From the NCBI GenBank assembly GCA_963821925.1, contig CAWGFO010000001.1, forward strand, positions 449,707 through 513,706: DNA of 64,000 bases. The letters are read 5' to 3'. The DNA comes from an uncultured Actinomycetes bacterium (lineage in GTDB: Bacteria > Actinomycetota > UBA4738 > HRBIN12). The translations under genes were made by a program, and so were the position numbers. The notes under the pieces are model-generated. The model saw only the letters and a program-made list of their open reading frames with translations. It was not told where the DNA came from and did no database searches. Position 1 is the stretch's first letter. Each line of letters starts with the position of its first letter. Positions 20,258 through 30,211 of the stretch are shown piece after piece.

Positions 20258-21999
20258 GAGGCGGGCGACCCGCCGGCCCCACCCGCCGCTGCGGCGGCCC
20301 TGTGGCGCTCCTCGTCCTGCAGCGCCCGGCGCAGGACCTTGCCGATCAGGGTCTCGGGGAGCGAGTCGCGGAACTCGATGTCCTTGGGCACGCGGTAGCC
20401 GGTCAGGCCCTGCTCGGGGTCACGGCACCACATCGTGATCTCCTCGGCGGTCGCCGACTCGCCCTCGCGCAACACGATGTACGCCTTCACGCGCTCGCCG
20501 GTCGTCGCGTCGGGCACGCCCGCGACCGCGCACTTCAGGATCTTCGGGTGGTGGTAGAGGACGGCCTCGACCTCGGTCGGGTACACGTTGAATCCGGACA
20601 CGATGATCATGTCCTTGATCCGGTCGACGATCGTGAAGTAGCCGTCGGGGGACATCACGGCGACGTCGCCCGTGTGCAGCCACCCGTCGCGGATCACCAT
20701 CGCGCTCTCGTCGGGACGGTTCCAGTAACCGAGCATCACCTGCGGGCCCTTGATGCACATCTCGCCGCGGTCGCCCTGCGGCACGATGCGGTCGGGCTCA
20801 TCGAGGTCGGTGAGCTTCACGTCGGTGTCGGGCAGGGGCATGCCGATCGAGCCCTCGCGACGCTCCCCCATCAAGGGGTTCGCGTGCGTGACCGGCGAGC
20901 ACTCGGTGAGGCCGTAACCCTCGACGACCTTCGCGCCGTCGGTGATCGCCTCGAAGCGCTTGGCCACCGCCATCGGCAACGGCGCGGCGCCGCTGATGCA
21001 CGCCTTGAGCGACTTGAGATCGTGCTTCGGCGTGCGGGGATCCTCGTTCAGCGCGATGTACATGCGCGGCACGCCGGGGAACAGCGACGGCTTCTCCTTC
21101 GAGAGCGCCTTCAGGACCATGTCGATCTCGAAGCGAGGGATCAGCACGAGCTTGGCGGCCTTCGTCATCGAGAAGTTCATCGCGAGGGTGCCGAACGAAT
21201 GGAAGAACGGGAGCGACGCGAGGATCCCGTCCTCACCCTGCCGCACCACCGGGAACCAGGCGGTCGCCTGCCTGGCGTTCGCGACGAGGTTCATGTGCGA
21301 GAGCATCGCGCCCTTGGACAGACCGGTCGTGCCGCCCGTGTAGATCAGCGCGGCGCATTCCTTCTCGGGGTCCTCCACGCGGGCGACCGGCGGCACCGGA
21401 CCGGCCGCCTTCATCGCGTCGGACCACCAGCGCACCTCGTGCTCAGGCGGGATGAACGGGAGCGGGGTCTCGTGCTTCTTCGCGTCGGACCTGAACTTCA
21501 AGGGGGCGAGCCACTTGATCGGCGCCGGCATGTAGCGGTTCAGGCGGACCGCGATGACCTCCTGGACGCCGGCGGCGTCGCGGATCCGTCCGAAGCGCGC
21601 GTAGACCTGGTCGAGCACCACCATCACGCGCGCGCCCGAGTCCTTGATCTGGTGCTCGAGCTCCCGCTCCGTGTACAGCGGGTTGTTGCCCACGGCGATC
21701 GCGCCGATCCGCATGCAGGCGTACCAGGCGATCACGTACTCGGGGCAGTTCGGCAGGATCAACCCGACGCGGTCGCCTTTCGCCACGCCGAGCCCGGCGA
21801 GCACCGCCGAGAAGCGCTCGACCTCCTTCAGGAGCCAGCCGTAGCTGAGGTGCCGTCCGAAGAACGCCAACGCCGGACGATCCGGGAAGCCGGCGGCCGC
21901 GTTCTGGAGCAGGGCGAACACCGACTCTCTGGGGTACGGGGCGAGGCTGGTGGGAACATCGGGCGGGTACGTCGCGTGCCACGGGCGCTCGTCGGTCAT
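20254..21999 (-). CDS. fadD: long-chain fatty-acid--CoA ligase (AMP-dependent synthetase)
   Basis: AMP-binding motif YTGGTTGLSKGAMLSH, adenylation core, C-terminal GYWNRPDE and lysine motif. Confidence 0.85.
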   Translation of the reverse strand: MTDERPWHATYPPDVPTSLAPYPRESVFALLQNAAAGFPDRPALAFFGRHLSYGWLLKEVERFSAVLAGLGVAKGDRVGLILPNCPEYVIAWYACMRIGAIAVGNNPLYTERELEHQIKDSGARVMVVLDQVYARFGRIRDAAGVQEVIAVRLNRYMPAPIKWLAPLKFRSDAKKHETPLPFIPPEHEVRWWSDAMKAAGPVPPVARVEDPEKECAALIYTGGTTGLSKGAMLSHMNLVANARQATAWFPVVRQGEDGILASLPFFHSFGTLAMNFSMTKAAKLVLIPRFEIDMVLKALSKEKPSLFPGVPRMYIALNEDPRTPKHDLKSLKACISGAAPLPMAVAKRFEAITDGAKVVEGYGLTECSPVTHANPLMGERREGSIGMPLPDTDVKLTDLDEPDRIVPQGDRGEMCIKGPQVMLGYWNRPDESAMVIRDGWLHTGDVAVMSPDGYFTIVDRIKDMIIVSGFNVYPTEVEAVLYHHPKILKCAVAGVPDATTGERVKAYIVLREGESATAEEITMWCRDPEQGLTGYRVPKDIEFRDSLPETLIGKVLRRALQDEERHRAAAAAGGAGGSPAS

Positions 22000-22103
22000 G
22001 GCGGCATCATCGCAGCGGGGTGCGGAGCGCTCAACCTGGCAGCCGTCCCTCCCGGCACGGGTGCGTACGATGCTGGGGCGGAGCGGTGGGTGAGAGGGAG
22101 CAC

Positions 22104-23882
22104 ATGGCGGTCGCGATCGAAGACCAGGAACTGCGACAGCGCGGCTTGTTCATGCGCGGGATGCGCCTCGTCGTCGCCTACATCAAGCTGCATCCTTGGC
22201 CGTTCACCGTGTCGGTGGCCGGCGCGCTCCTGTTCGCCGTCTCGTCCCTGCTGCTGACGAAGGCCCTGGGGCGCGCCACCGACGAGGTGCTCCGCCCCGC
22301 CTTCGAGGGCGGCGTGTCGAGCCAGGCGATCTGGGCGGCCGTGGTCTCCCTGATGGTGTTCGGGTGCCTGCGCGCGCTCGGCATCATGATCCGCCGCTAC
22401 TACAGCGGGGTCTCGGGCGAGCGCGTGATGGCGACCCTGCGGACCCAGATCTCGGACCGCTACCGGGATCTCGCGCTCCAGTACCACCGCGAGACGCCCA
22501 CCGGAGAACTGCTGGCGCACATGGAGGCCGACGTGAAGGCGGCGGTCGACGTCTTCTGGCCGGTGCCGTTCGCGATCGGCGTCCTCGCGCTCGTGGTGCT
22601 CGCACTGGTCTCGCTGTTCAGGACCGACGTCTGGCTCGCCCTCATCGGGCTCGTGATGTTCCCGTCGCTCGCGCTGATGAACCGGAGCTTCGCCCGTCGG
22701 ATGGAAGGCCCGGCCCGCAGCGCCCAGGAGGCGATCGGCGAGGTCTCCTCGGTCGCGCACGAATCGATCGACGGCGCCCTGGTCGTGAAGACCCTCGGAC
22801 GGGAGTCGGCGGAGACCACACGGCTCCGGGAGCGTGCGACCGCCCTCCGTGACCACCGCGTGGCGGGCGGGTACGTGCGCGCCACGTTCGAGGCCGCGCT
22901 CGATTCCCTGCCGACCCTCGCGACCGCGCTGCTCCTGGCCGTGGGCGCGTCCCGGGTCGCGAGCGGGGCGGTCACCCTCGGCGAACTCACCGGGTTCGTC
23001 GCGCTCTTCGGATTGCTCGCCTGGCCGATGCGGTTCATCGGGTGGATCCTGGCCGAGCTCCCACGGGCGGTCGTGGGCTGGGACCGGCTGCAGACCGTGT
23101 TCGAGGAGCAGGTCACGGTCACGCCTCCCGCGCATCCACAGGGGCTGCCCGACGGGCCGCTCGGTGTGGCGGTCCGCGGGGTGCGGCGCCGCTACGACGA
23201 TCAGCTGGTCCTGGGCGGTGTCTCGTTCGAGGTGGCCCCCTCGGAGTCGGTCGCGATCGTGGGCCAGACGGGGGTGGGCAAGAGCACGCTGTCCCAGCTG
23301 CTGGTGCGGCTCGCCGACCCCGACGAAGGCTCGGTCGCGATCGGCGGGGTCGACCTCCGCGAGGCGGACCCCGCCTCCCTGCGGCGGTCCACCGCGATCG
23401 TGTTCCAGGAGAGCTTCCTGTTCTCGACGAACGTGCGAGAGAACATCGCGCTCGATTCCGGCGCCGACGACGACGTGGTGGAGGCCGCCGCGCGGATCGC
23501 CTCGGCCGACCGGTTCATCCGAGCGCTCCCCGACGCGTACGACACCGTGGTCGGCGAGCGCGGACACACGCTCTCGGGGGGCGAGCGCCAGCGCGTCGCA
23601 CTGGCCCGGGCGATCGTGCGGTCGCCCCGCGTCTTGATCCTGGACGACGCGACCTCGGCCGTGGACCCGTCGATCGAGGCCGACATCCTGGGCGCCCTCC
23701 GTCGCGAGCTCCGGACGACGTTGATCGTGGTGGCCTACCGGCTGTCGACGATCCGACTCGCCGACCGCGTGATCTACCTCGAAGGGGGCCACGTGGCGGG
23801 GACCGGGACGCACGAGGACCTGCTCGAGACGATGCCCGGGTACGCCGCGATCATCCACGCCTACGAGCGAGGAGAGCGATGA
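22104..23882 (+). CDS. ABC exporter, fused permease/ATPase (type I, MsbA/MdlB-like), half of a heterodimeric pair
   Basis: 6-TM N-domain then Walker A GQTGVGKST, signature LSGGERQR, Walker B LILDDATSAVD; ATG after GAGGGAG SD; divergent from fadD. Confidence 0.85.
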   Translation: MAVAIEDQELRQRGLFMRGMRLVVAYIKLHPWPFTVSVAGALLFAVSSLLLTKALGRATDEVLRPAFEGGVSSQAIWAAVVSLMVFGCLRALGIMIRRYYSGVSGERVMATLRTQISDRYRDLALQYHRETPTGELLAHMEADVKAAVDVFWPVPFAIGVLALVVLALVSLFRTDVWLALIGLVMFPSLALMNRSFARRMEGPARSAQEAIGEVSSVAHESIDGALVVKTLGRESAETTRLRERATALRDHRVAGGYVRATFEAALDSLPTLATALLLAVGASRVASGAVTLGELTGFVALFGLLAWPMRFIGWILAELPRAVVGWDRLQTVFEEQVTVTPPAHPQGLPDGPLGVAVRGVRRRYDDQLVLGGVSFEVAPSESVAIVGQTGVGKSTLSQLLVRLADPDEGSVAIGGVDLREADPASLRRSTAIVFQESFLFSTNVRENIALDSGADDDVVEAAARIASADRFIRALPDAYDTVVGERGHTLSGGERQRVALARAIVRSPRVLILDDATSAVDPSIEADILGALRRELRTTLIVVAYRLSTIRLADRVIYLEGGHVAGTGTHEDLLETMPGYAAIIHAYERGER

Positions 23883-25699
23883 GCGCCGTCGCCGAGCTCG
23901 ACGCCGCCCGAGCAGCCGGCGACGACCAGATCCCCGTCCCCGAGGAGCTGTCGGGCGCCTGGGCGGTGCTGCGTCGCGGGATCCACGAGAGCCCCGAGCT
24001 CCGCCGGGGTCTCGGGTTCACCGTGGTCGTCTCGCTGGGCGTGACCGTGACCTCGCTCGTGACGCCGGTCCTGATCCAGAAGATCTTCGACAACGGCTTC
24101 GACGGGGGGTTCCGGCCCGTGTACGTGTATTCGCTCTGCTTCGCCGCGATCCTGCTGGTGGGGCTGGCGTTCGCGGCGGCCCGCGCGGCGGGACGGCGGC
24201 TCGTGACGGCGGCCGAGGCCGCGCTGATGGAGCTGCGTGTCCGCACGTTCGCCCACATCCACGACCTCTCGATCGCTGAGCAGTCCGACGAGAAGCGCGG
24301 CGTGTTCGTCGCGCGCGTGACGGCCGACGTCGACGCGCTGCAGCAGTTCATGGAGTGGGGCGGGATCGCGTGGATCATCTCGATCGCGCAGGTGATCGGG
24401 GCGCTCGCGCTGATGATCGCCTACGCCTGGCAGCTGGCGCTCGCGGTCGTGCTGCTCGTGATCCCGCTGCTGTTGGTGGTCGGCGCCCTGCAGGCCAAGC
24501 TCACGGCCGCCTTCAACGCGGCGCGCACACGCGTGGGCGAGATGCTCTCGGAGGTCTCCGAGTCCGTGATGGGGGCCGCGGTCGTGCGCGCCTATGGCCT
24601 GGAGGACATGACCGACGAACGCGTGAAACGCGCGATCGACCAGCGGTACCGCGCCGAGGTGCTCGCCCACTTCAGGGCCGCGACCCTGTGGCCGCTGTCG
24701 TCGGTCTTCTACGCCGTCGCGCTCTCGACCGTGATCGTGCTGGGCGCCACGTACGGGCCCGAGTGGGGCCTGACGTTCGGGAAGGTCACGGCGTTCCTGT
24801 TCCTGGCCGACGTGTTCCTGCACGTGTTCACCGACCTCCCCGAGGTCTACTCCGAGACGCAGAACGCGATCGCGGGTTGGCGGAAGATCCTCGCGGTGCT
24901 CGATCTGCCGGTCGAGATCGTCGAACCGTCCCCGGGCGTCGAGCTCGAGCGGGGGGCGCTCTCGGTGGCGGCGGACGAGGTCCGGTACGCCTACCGGACC
25001 GGACCCGAGGTGCTCCACGGGATCTCGCTCGCGGTCCCCGCGGGCGGTCACGTCGCGATCGTGGGCGAGACGGGATGCGGCAAGACCACGTTCGTGAAGC
25101 TGATGTCGCGCCTGGCCGACCCGGCCGGCGGCCGGATCCTGCTGGGCGGCGTCGACCTGCGTGACGTGGCACCGACCTCGCGACGCGCGTCCGTCCGCAT
25201 GGTGCCGCAGGACGGCTTCCTGTTCGACACGACCGTCCGCGAGAACGTGCGGTACGGGCGCGAAGGCGCGTCGGACCGTGACGTGATCACCGCGTTCGAG
25301 GAGCTCGGGCTCGGCGAGTGGGTGATCTCGCTCCCCGAGGGGTTCGACACGCGCGTGGGCGAGCGCGGCGAGGCGCTGAGCGTCGGCGAACGCCAGCTGG
25401 TGGCGCTCGCCCGGGCGCAGATCGGCGATCCCGGGCTGCTGATCCTCGACGAGGCGACCAGCGCGGTCGACCCCGCCACCGAACAACGGATCACCGAGGC
25501 GCTCCGACGCCTGTCCACCGGCCGCACGACCGTGACGATCGCCCACCGCCTCTCGACGGCCGAGGCGGCCGACCACGTGTTCGTGTTCGACGCCGGGCGT
25601 CTCGTGGAACAGGGCACGCACGACGAGCTCGTGGCGATGGGCGGCGTGTACGCCGGCCTCTACGGGAGCTGGCTGGGCAACACCCGGCTCGACGCCTGA
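23879..25699 (+). CDS. ABC exporter, fused permease/ATPase, second half of heterodimeric pair
   Basis: Walker A GETGCGKTT, signature LSVGERQL, Walker B LILDEATSAVD; ATG overlaps previous stop. Confidence 0.85.
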   Translation: MSAVAELDAARAAGDDQIPVPEELSGAWAVLRRGIHESPELRRGLGFTVVVSLGVTVTSLVTPVLIQKIFDNGFDGGFRPVYVYSLCFAAILLVGLAFAAARAAGRRLVTAAEAALMELRVRTFAHIHDLSIAEQSDEKRGVFVARVTADVDALQQFMEWGGIAWIISIAQVIGALALMIAYAWQLALAVVLLVIPLLLVVGALQAKLTAAFNAARTRVGEMLSEVSESVMGAAVVRAYGLEDMTDERVKRAIDQRYRAEVLAHFRAATLWPLSSVFYAVALSTVIVLGATYGPEWGLTFGKVTAFLFLADVFLHVFTDLPEVYSETQNAIAGWRKILAVLDLPVEIVEPSPGVELERGALSVAADEVRYAYRTGPEVLHGISLAVPAGGHVAIVGETGCGKTTFVKLMSRLADPAGGRILLGGVDLRDVAPTSRRASVRMVPQDGFLFDTTVRENVRYGREGASDRDVITAFEELGLGEWVISLPEGFDTRVGERGEALSVGERQLVALARAQIGDPGLLILDEATSAVDPATEQRITEALRRLSTGRTTVTIAHRLSTAEAADHVFVFDAGRLVEQGTHDELVAMGGVYAGLYGSWLGNTRLDA

Positions 25700-25730
25700 G
25701 CCGGCGGCGGACGTCCGGTAACCTCCCGCG

Positions 25731-28019
25731 GTGAGCGACTTCATCGACGGGCTCCGCGCGGCCGCGAGCGCCGCCCTGTTCCCGACCGAGGGCGAGCTGA
25801 CGGCTCCCGGGCTCGCCGCGCCGGTCAGGGTGCGTCGGGACGACTGGGGCGTCCCCTACATCGAGGCCGCATCCCTCGACGACCTGTGGTTCGCGCAGGG
25901 GTTCGTCACGGCGGGCGAGCGGCTCTTCCAGCTGGACCTGGCGCTGCGCGCCTCGACCGGACGCCTCAGCGAGGTGTTCGCCGAGCGCACGCTCGCCGAG
26001 GACCGGTTCGCCAGAACGATCGGGCTGCACCGGGCCGGCGCGACCGTGGCGGCCGCATGGGACGAGACCGACCGCGCGATGCACGGACGGTTCCGTGCGG
26101 GCGTCGCCGCGTGGATCGCGCAGATGCCGGCGCCGCCGGTCGAGTACACGCTCCTCGACCTGCGGCCCGAGCTCCCCGACGACGAGGCGAGCTGGGCCGC
26201 GGTGTTCGCGTACCTGGCGTGGGGACTCTCGGGGAACTGGGACCAGGAGCTGCTGCGCACGTGGATCCGGGAGCGGGCGGGCGACGACGCGGCCGAGGCC
26301 CTGTTGCCGCCCCTGCCCGCCGACCCTCCGACCGTCGTGGCGGGAGCGCTGCACGGCGCGATCCTCGACGCGCTCCCGCGGCCCAAGGCGCAGGGCTCGA
26401 ACGAGTGGGTCGTCGCCCCGAGCCGCACCGCCACCGGCGGCGCCCTGCTCGCGAACGACCCGCACCTGCTGGCCCTGCAGCCCGGCGTGTGGATCGAGCT
26501 GCACCTGTCGGCGCCCGGCTACCGGGCGCGCGGGGTGGCGCTCACGTTCTCCCCCGGGATCTTGCTCGGGACGACCGAGCATCATGCGTGGGGTGTCACG
26601 AACGTGAGCGGCGACGTCCAGGACCTCTACGTCGAGCGTCTGGACGAGGACCGCACCGCCGCCGAGTTCGAGGGCGGGTGGGAACCGGTCACGATCCACC
26701 GCGAAGAGATCGTCGTGCGGGGCGAGGACGAGCCCCACGTGTTCGCGGTGCGCGAGACCCGTCACGGGCCGATCCTCGACACGTTCCCGAGCGGCGTCCT
26801 CGACGCCGAGCAGGTCGAGCTGCCGGCGGGCGAGGTATACGCGTTGCGCTGGGCCGGGCACGAGGTGGGGATCCACCCGTCCCTGACGCTCCGTGCCGCG
26901 CAGGCCACGAGCTTCGAGACGTTCCGTGAGGCGGCGCTCGGCCTGGAGTGTCCCGGTCAGAACGTCGTCTACGCCGACATCGAGGGTACGATCGGCTACG
27001 CCTGTACCGGCCGGTTCCCCCTGCGGCGCAATGGTGACGGCACCGTGCCGGTCCCGGGATGGACCGGCGACCACGAATGGGACGGCTGGATCCCCCCGGA
27101 GGAGCTCCCGTGGGCGAAGGATCCCGGACGCGGATTCCTCGCCACGGCCAACAACCGGGTCCACGATGACGCCTACCCGCACCTGATCGGCCACGACTTC
27201 CACACGCCGTACCGGGCGAGGCGGATCGTGGAGGTCCTCCAGGCCAACGATCGCTGCACCGTCGACGACATGGTCCGGCTGCAGCTGGACACGGTCTCGC
27301 TCCCGGCGCGGGAGACCGTGCCCCTCCTGACGGCCCTCGAGCCACGCACCGACGACGCCCGCGCCGCCCTGGACCTGCTTCGCGCGTGGGACGGCGACAT
27401 GTCGGCCGATTCGGCGGCCGCATCGGTCTACAACGTGTGGACGCGGCAGATCGCCCGACGTGTGCTCGAACCGCGCCTCGGCGAAGACCTGTTCCGCCAC
27501 TACCACGCCTGGCGGGAGCCCTTCCAGTGCCAGGCTCTCGGCGCGCTCCTCCGCCATCCCGACGGCTGGCTCGACGACGACCTGCTGCGCGCGGCGTTGG
27601 ACGACGCCCTCTCCGAGCTGCGCGGGTCCTGCGGCGACGACCCGAGCGGGTGGCGCTGGGGCGCGATCCACCGGCTGCGCCTCGCCCACCCCCTCGCGGC
27701 GATCCCGGGTCTCGAACCGCTGTTCCTCGCGGCAGACGTCGAGCTCGGGGGGGACGAGCAGACCGTGATGCAGGCCGGGTTCGACGGGCGTCACGGCTAT
27801 CCGGCGGCGGTGATCCCCTCGTGGCGCGCCGTCTATGACCTCGCCGACCTCGACCGGAGCGTCGGCGTGATGCCCGCCGGCGTGAGCGGGAACCCGGCGA
27901 GCGCGCACTGGAGCGACCAGACGGAGCGTTGGCGCGCCGGCGATCCGCATCCGCTGCCGTTCACCGTCGAGGCGGTCGATGCGGCGACGGTCGGCGACCT
28001 GCGGCTCCTCCCCGGGTAA
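25731..28019 (+). CDS. penicillin acylase family Ntn-hydrolase (acyl-homoserine-lactone/aculeacin acylase-like), no signal peptide
   Basis: Penicillin amidase family N-terminus (DDWGVPYIEAASLDDLWFAQGFV..ERLFQLDL) and autoprocessing/nucleophile site KAQG-SNEWVVA; 762 aa. Confidence 0.8.
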   Translation: MSDFIDGLRAAASAALFPTEGELTAPGLAAPVRVRRDDWGVPYIEAASLDDLWFAQGFVTAGERLFQLDLALRASTGRLSEVFAERTLAEDRFARTIGLHRAGATVAAAWDETDRAMHGRFRAGVAAWIAQMPAPPVEYTLLDLRPELPDDEASWAAVFAYLAWGLSGNWDQELLRTWIRERAGDDAAEALLPPLPADPPTVVAGALHGAILDALPRPKAQGSNEWVVAPSRTATGGALLANDPHLLALQPGVWIELHLSAPGYRARGVALTFSPGILLGTTEHHAWGVTNVSGDVQDLYVERLDEDRTAAEFEGGWEPVTIHREEIVVRGEDEPHVFAVRETRHGPILDTFPSGVLDAEQVELPAGEVYALRWAGHEVGIHPSLTLRAAQATSFETFREAALGLECPGQNVVYADIEGTIGYACTGRFPLRRNGDGTVPVPGWTGDHEWDGWIPPEELPWAKDPGRGFLATANNRVHDDAYPHLIGHDFHTPYRARRIVEVLQANDRCTVDDMVRLQLDTVSLPARETVPLLTALEPRTDDARAALDLLRAWDGDMSADSAAASVYNVWTRQIARRVLEPRLGEDLFRHYHAWREPFQCQALGALLRHPDGWLDDDLLRAALDDALSELRGSCGDDPSGWRWGAIHRLRLAHPLAAIPGLEPLFLAADVELGGDEQTVMQAGFDGRHGYPAAVIPSWRAVYDLADLDRSVGVMPAGVSGNPASAHWSDQTERWRAGDPHPLPFTVEAVDAATVGDLRLLPG

Positions 28020-28030
28020 CATCCTTCGCG

Positions 28031-28282
28031 ATGCCGAAGTCACGGGGACGTACGAAGAAGAAGGAGCCGCGGAAGTACGGGGCGGCGCCGACGCCGAAGA
28101 AGCGCCACAAGACCAGCCCGCGCTGGTACGGGGCCGCGATCTTGGTCGTGATGGCGCTCGGCGTGCTCTCGATCGTCCTGAACTACCTCGGCGTGCTCCC
28201 GGGCGGGACCTCGAACGGCTGGCTGTGGGTGGGCCTCGGGCTGATCGGCCTCGGCTTCGTCGGCACCACGTTCTGGTACTGA
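28031..28282 (+). CDS. crgA: cell division protein CrgA-like small membrane protein
   Basis: 84 aa: basic N-terminus MPKSRGRTKKK followed by two TM helices, the architecture and N-terminal motif of actinobacterial CrgA. Confidence 0.6.
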   Translation: MPKSRGRTKKKEPRKYGAAPTPKKRHKTSPRWYGAAILVVMALGVLSIVLNYLGVLPGGTSNGWLWVGLGLIGLGFVGTTFWY

Positions 28283-28436
28283 GATCACACCGATGTGATT
28301 CCCCACAGCGGTTGTCCACATCGTGGAGAACCGACCCCTACCCCCAGGGATCGACCTGTGGATAACCGGTGGACGGCCGTTGCGCCTCGGTGAACGACTC
28401 AGAGCGGACCGGGCTGACCGCGCTCCGAGCCGTCCC

Positions 28437-28700
28437 TCAGGCTTCGGCCGGGCGCCGCACGACCTGCATCCGCTCGCCGCAGTGCCGCGGCACCTGGAGC
28501 TCGCCCAGCCGGGAGACCTTGTACTCGGTGCCGCACTCCCCGCAGACGAGATACACGTCCAGGTCGTCGACGTCTTCGGGCTCGTCGGGCGCCACGTCGG
28601 CGTCGGGGTCGGGCGCGAGGGACCGGATCGACGCGATCCCGATCCGCCAGATCGCGTAGCCGACCGCGAGCGCGGTGACGATCAGGAACCAGCGGGGCAT
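28437..28700 (-). CDS. small membrane-anchored protein with C-terminal Zn-ribbon-like CGECG...HCGE motif
   Basis: 87 aa, N-terminal TM helix, acidic linker, CxxC + HC pair; high GC3; convergent with crgA. Confidence 0.45.
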   Translation of the reverse strand: MPRWFLIVTALAVGYAIWRIGIASIRSLAPDPDADVAPDEPEDVDDLDVYLVCGECGTEYKVSRLGELQVPRHCGERMQVVRRPAEA

Positions 28701-28737
28701 GCGACCACCGTAGCAGCCGGGCCGGGCTCGACCGCCG

Positions 28738-30099
28738 CTAGATCACGCCCTGCGCGAGCATCGCGTCGGCCACCCGCGTGAAGCCGGCGATGTTCGCGCC
28801 GTGGAAGAGGCTGTTGGGCTTCCCGTACTCCTCGGCCGTCTCGCGGCACTGCTGGTGGATCCGCTTCATGATCGTGCGGAGCCGTTCGTCGACGACCTCC
28901 CGATCCCAGGTCACGCGCATCGAGTTCTGCGACATCTCGAGCCCGCTCACCGCCACGCCGCCCGCGTTCGCGGCCTTCCCCGGTCCGTAGATCACGCCGC
29001 CGTCGTAGAACGCCTGCACGCCGTCGGGCAGGGTCGGCATGTTCGCGCCTTCGCTCACGAACCGCACCCCGTTGTTCACGAGGTTCCGCGCGTCCTTCTC
29101 GTTGATCTCGTTCTCGATCGCGCTCGGGAACGCCCCGTCGGCGGGCACGTTCCACAACGGGTTGTGGTCGCTGGTCGGGTCGGCCGGCGTGAAGGTCGCG
29201 TGAGGGAAGGCGTCGACGTACTCGCGGATCCGGCCCCGCCGCTCGTTCTTGAGGGCCATCACCCAGTCGAGCTTCTCGCGGTCGATACCGTCCGGATCGT
29301 GGATGAACCCGCCGGTGTCCGACAGCGTGATCGGGACGCCCCCGAGGTCGAGGAGCTTCTCGACCGTGTACTGCGCCACGTTCCCCGAGCCCGAGACCAG
29401 GCACCGCTTGCCCTCGAGCCCGTCGTCGTGGCTGGCGAGCATCTCCTCGGCGAAGTAGACGGCTCCGTACCCGGTGGCCTCCGGTCGGATCAGCGAGCCG
29501 CCCCAGCCGAGCCCCTTGCCCGTCAGGACGCCCGTGTGCTCGTTCCTGATCCGCTTGTACTGCCCGAACAGGAACCCGATCTCGCGCTTGCCGACGCCGA
29601 TGTCCCCCGCGGGGACGTCCGTGTCGGGCCCGACGTGCCGCTGCAGCTCCGTCATGAACGACTGGCAGAACCGCATCACCTCGATTTCGCTCTTGCCCTT
29701 CGGGTCGAAGTCGGCGCCGCCTTTGCCCGCCCCCAGCGGGAGCGTGGTGAGGGCGTTCTTGAAGACCTGCTCGAACGCCAGGAACTTCAGCTTGCCCAGG
29801 TAGACCTTCGGGTGGAACCGCAGCCCGCCCTTGTACGGGCCGATCGCGCTGTTCATCTCGACGCGGTACCCGCGGTTCACGTGCACCTCGCCCGCGTCGT
29901 CGATCCATGGGACCCGGAACATGATCACGCGCTCGGGCTCGACGATGCGCTCGACGATCCGTGCGTCGCGATACTCGGGATGTCGATCGAGGACCAGCTC
30001 GAGGGACTCCATCACTTCCTCGACGGCCTGCAGGTACTCCGGTTCGTGCGGATCCTTCGCCCGGACCGCCCGCAGCAGCCCGTCGACGTACTCGCTCAT
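28738..30099 (-). CDS. gdhA: NADP-specific glutamate dehydrogenase
   Basis: Glu/Leu/Phe/Val dehydrogenase active-site region GPYKGGLRFHP and C-terminal NAD(P)-binding domain; 453 aa. Confidence 0.9.
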   Translation of the reverse strand: MSEYVDGLLRAVRAKDPHEPEYLQAVEEVMESLELVLDRHPEYRDARIVERIVEPERVIMFRVPWIDDAGEVHVNRGYRVEMNSAIGPYKGGLRFHPKVYLGKLKFLAFEQVFKNALTTLPLGAGKGGADFDPKGKSEIEVMRFCQSFMTELQRHVGPDTDVPAGDIGVGKREIGFLFGQYKRIRNEHTGVLTGKGLGWGGSLIRPEATGYGAVYFAEEMLASHDDGLEGKRCLVSGSGNVAQYTVEKLLDLGGVPITLSDTGGFIHDPDGIDREKLDWVMALKNERRGRIREYVDAFPHATFTPADPTSDHNPLWNVPADGAFPSAIENEINEKDARNLVNNGVRFVSEGANMPTLPDGVQAFYDGGVIYGPGKAANAGGVAVSGLEMSQNSMRVTWDREVVDERLRTIMKRIHQQCRETAEEYGKPNSLFHGANIAGFTRVADAMLAQGVI

Positions 30100-30211
30100 C
30101 TCGTTGCCCCGTTTCCGGTCATCTGGGCGGAGTCTAGGTATCCGCGACGCCCGTGGGAAGGACCGAAAGCCCCACGGGCGCAGCGACGGTTGGGGTCTGG
30201 GGGTCCCGACG

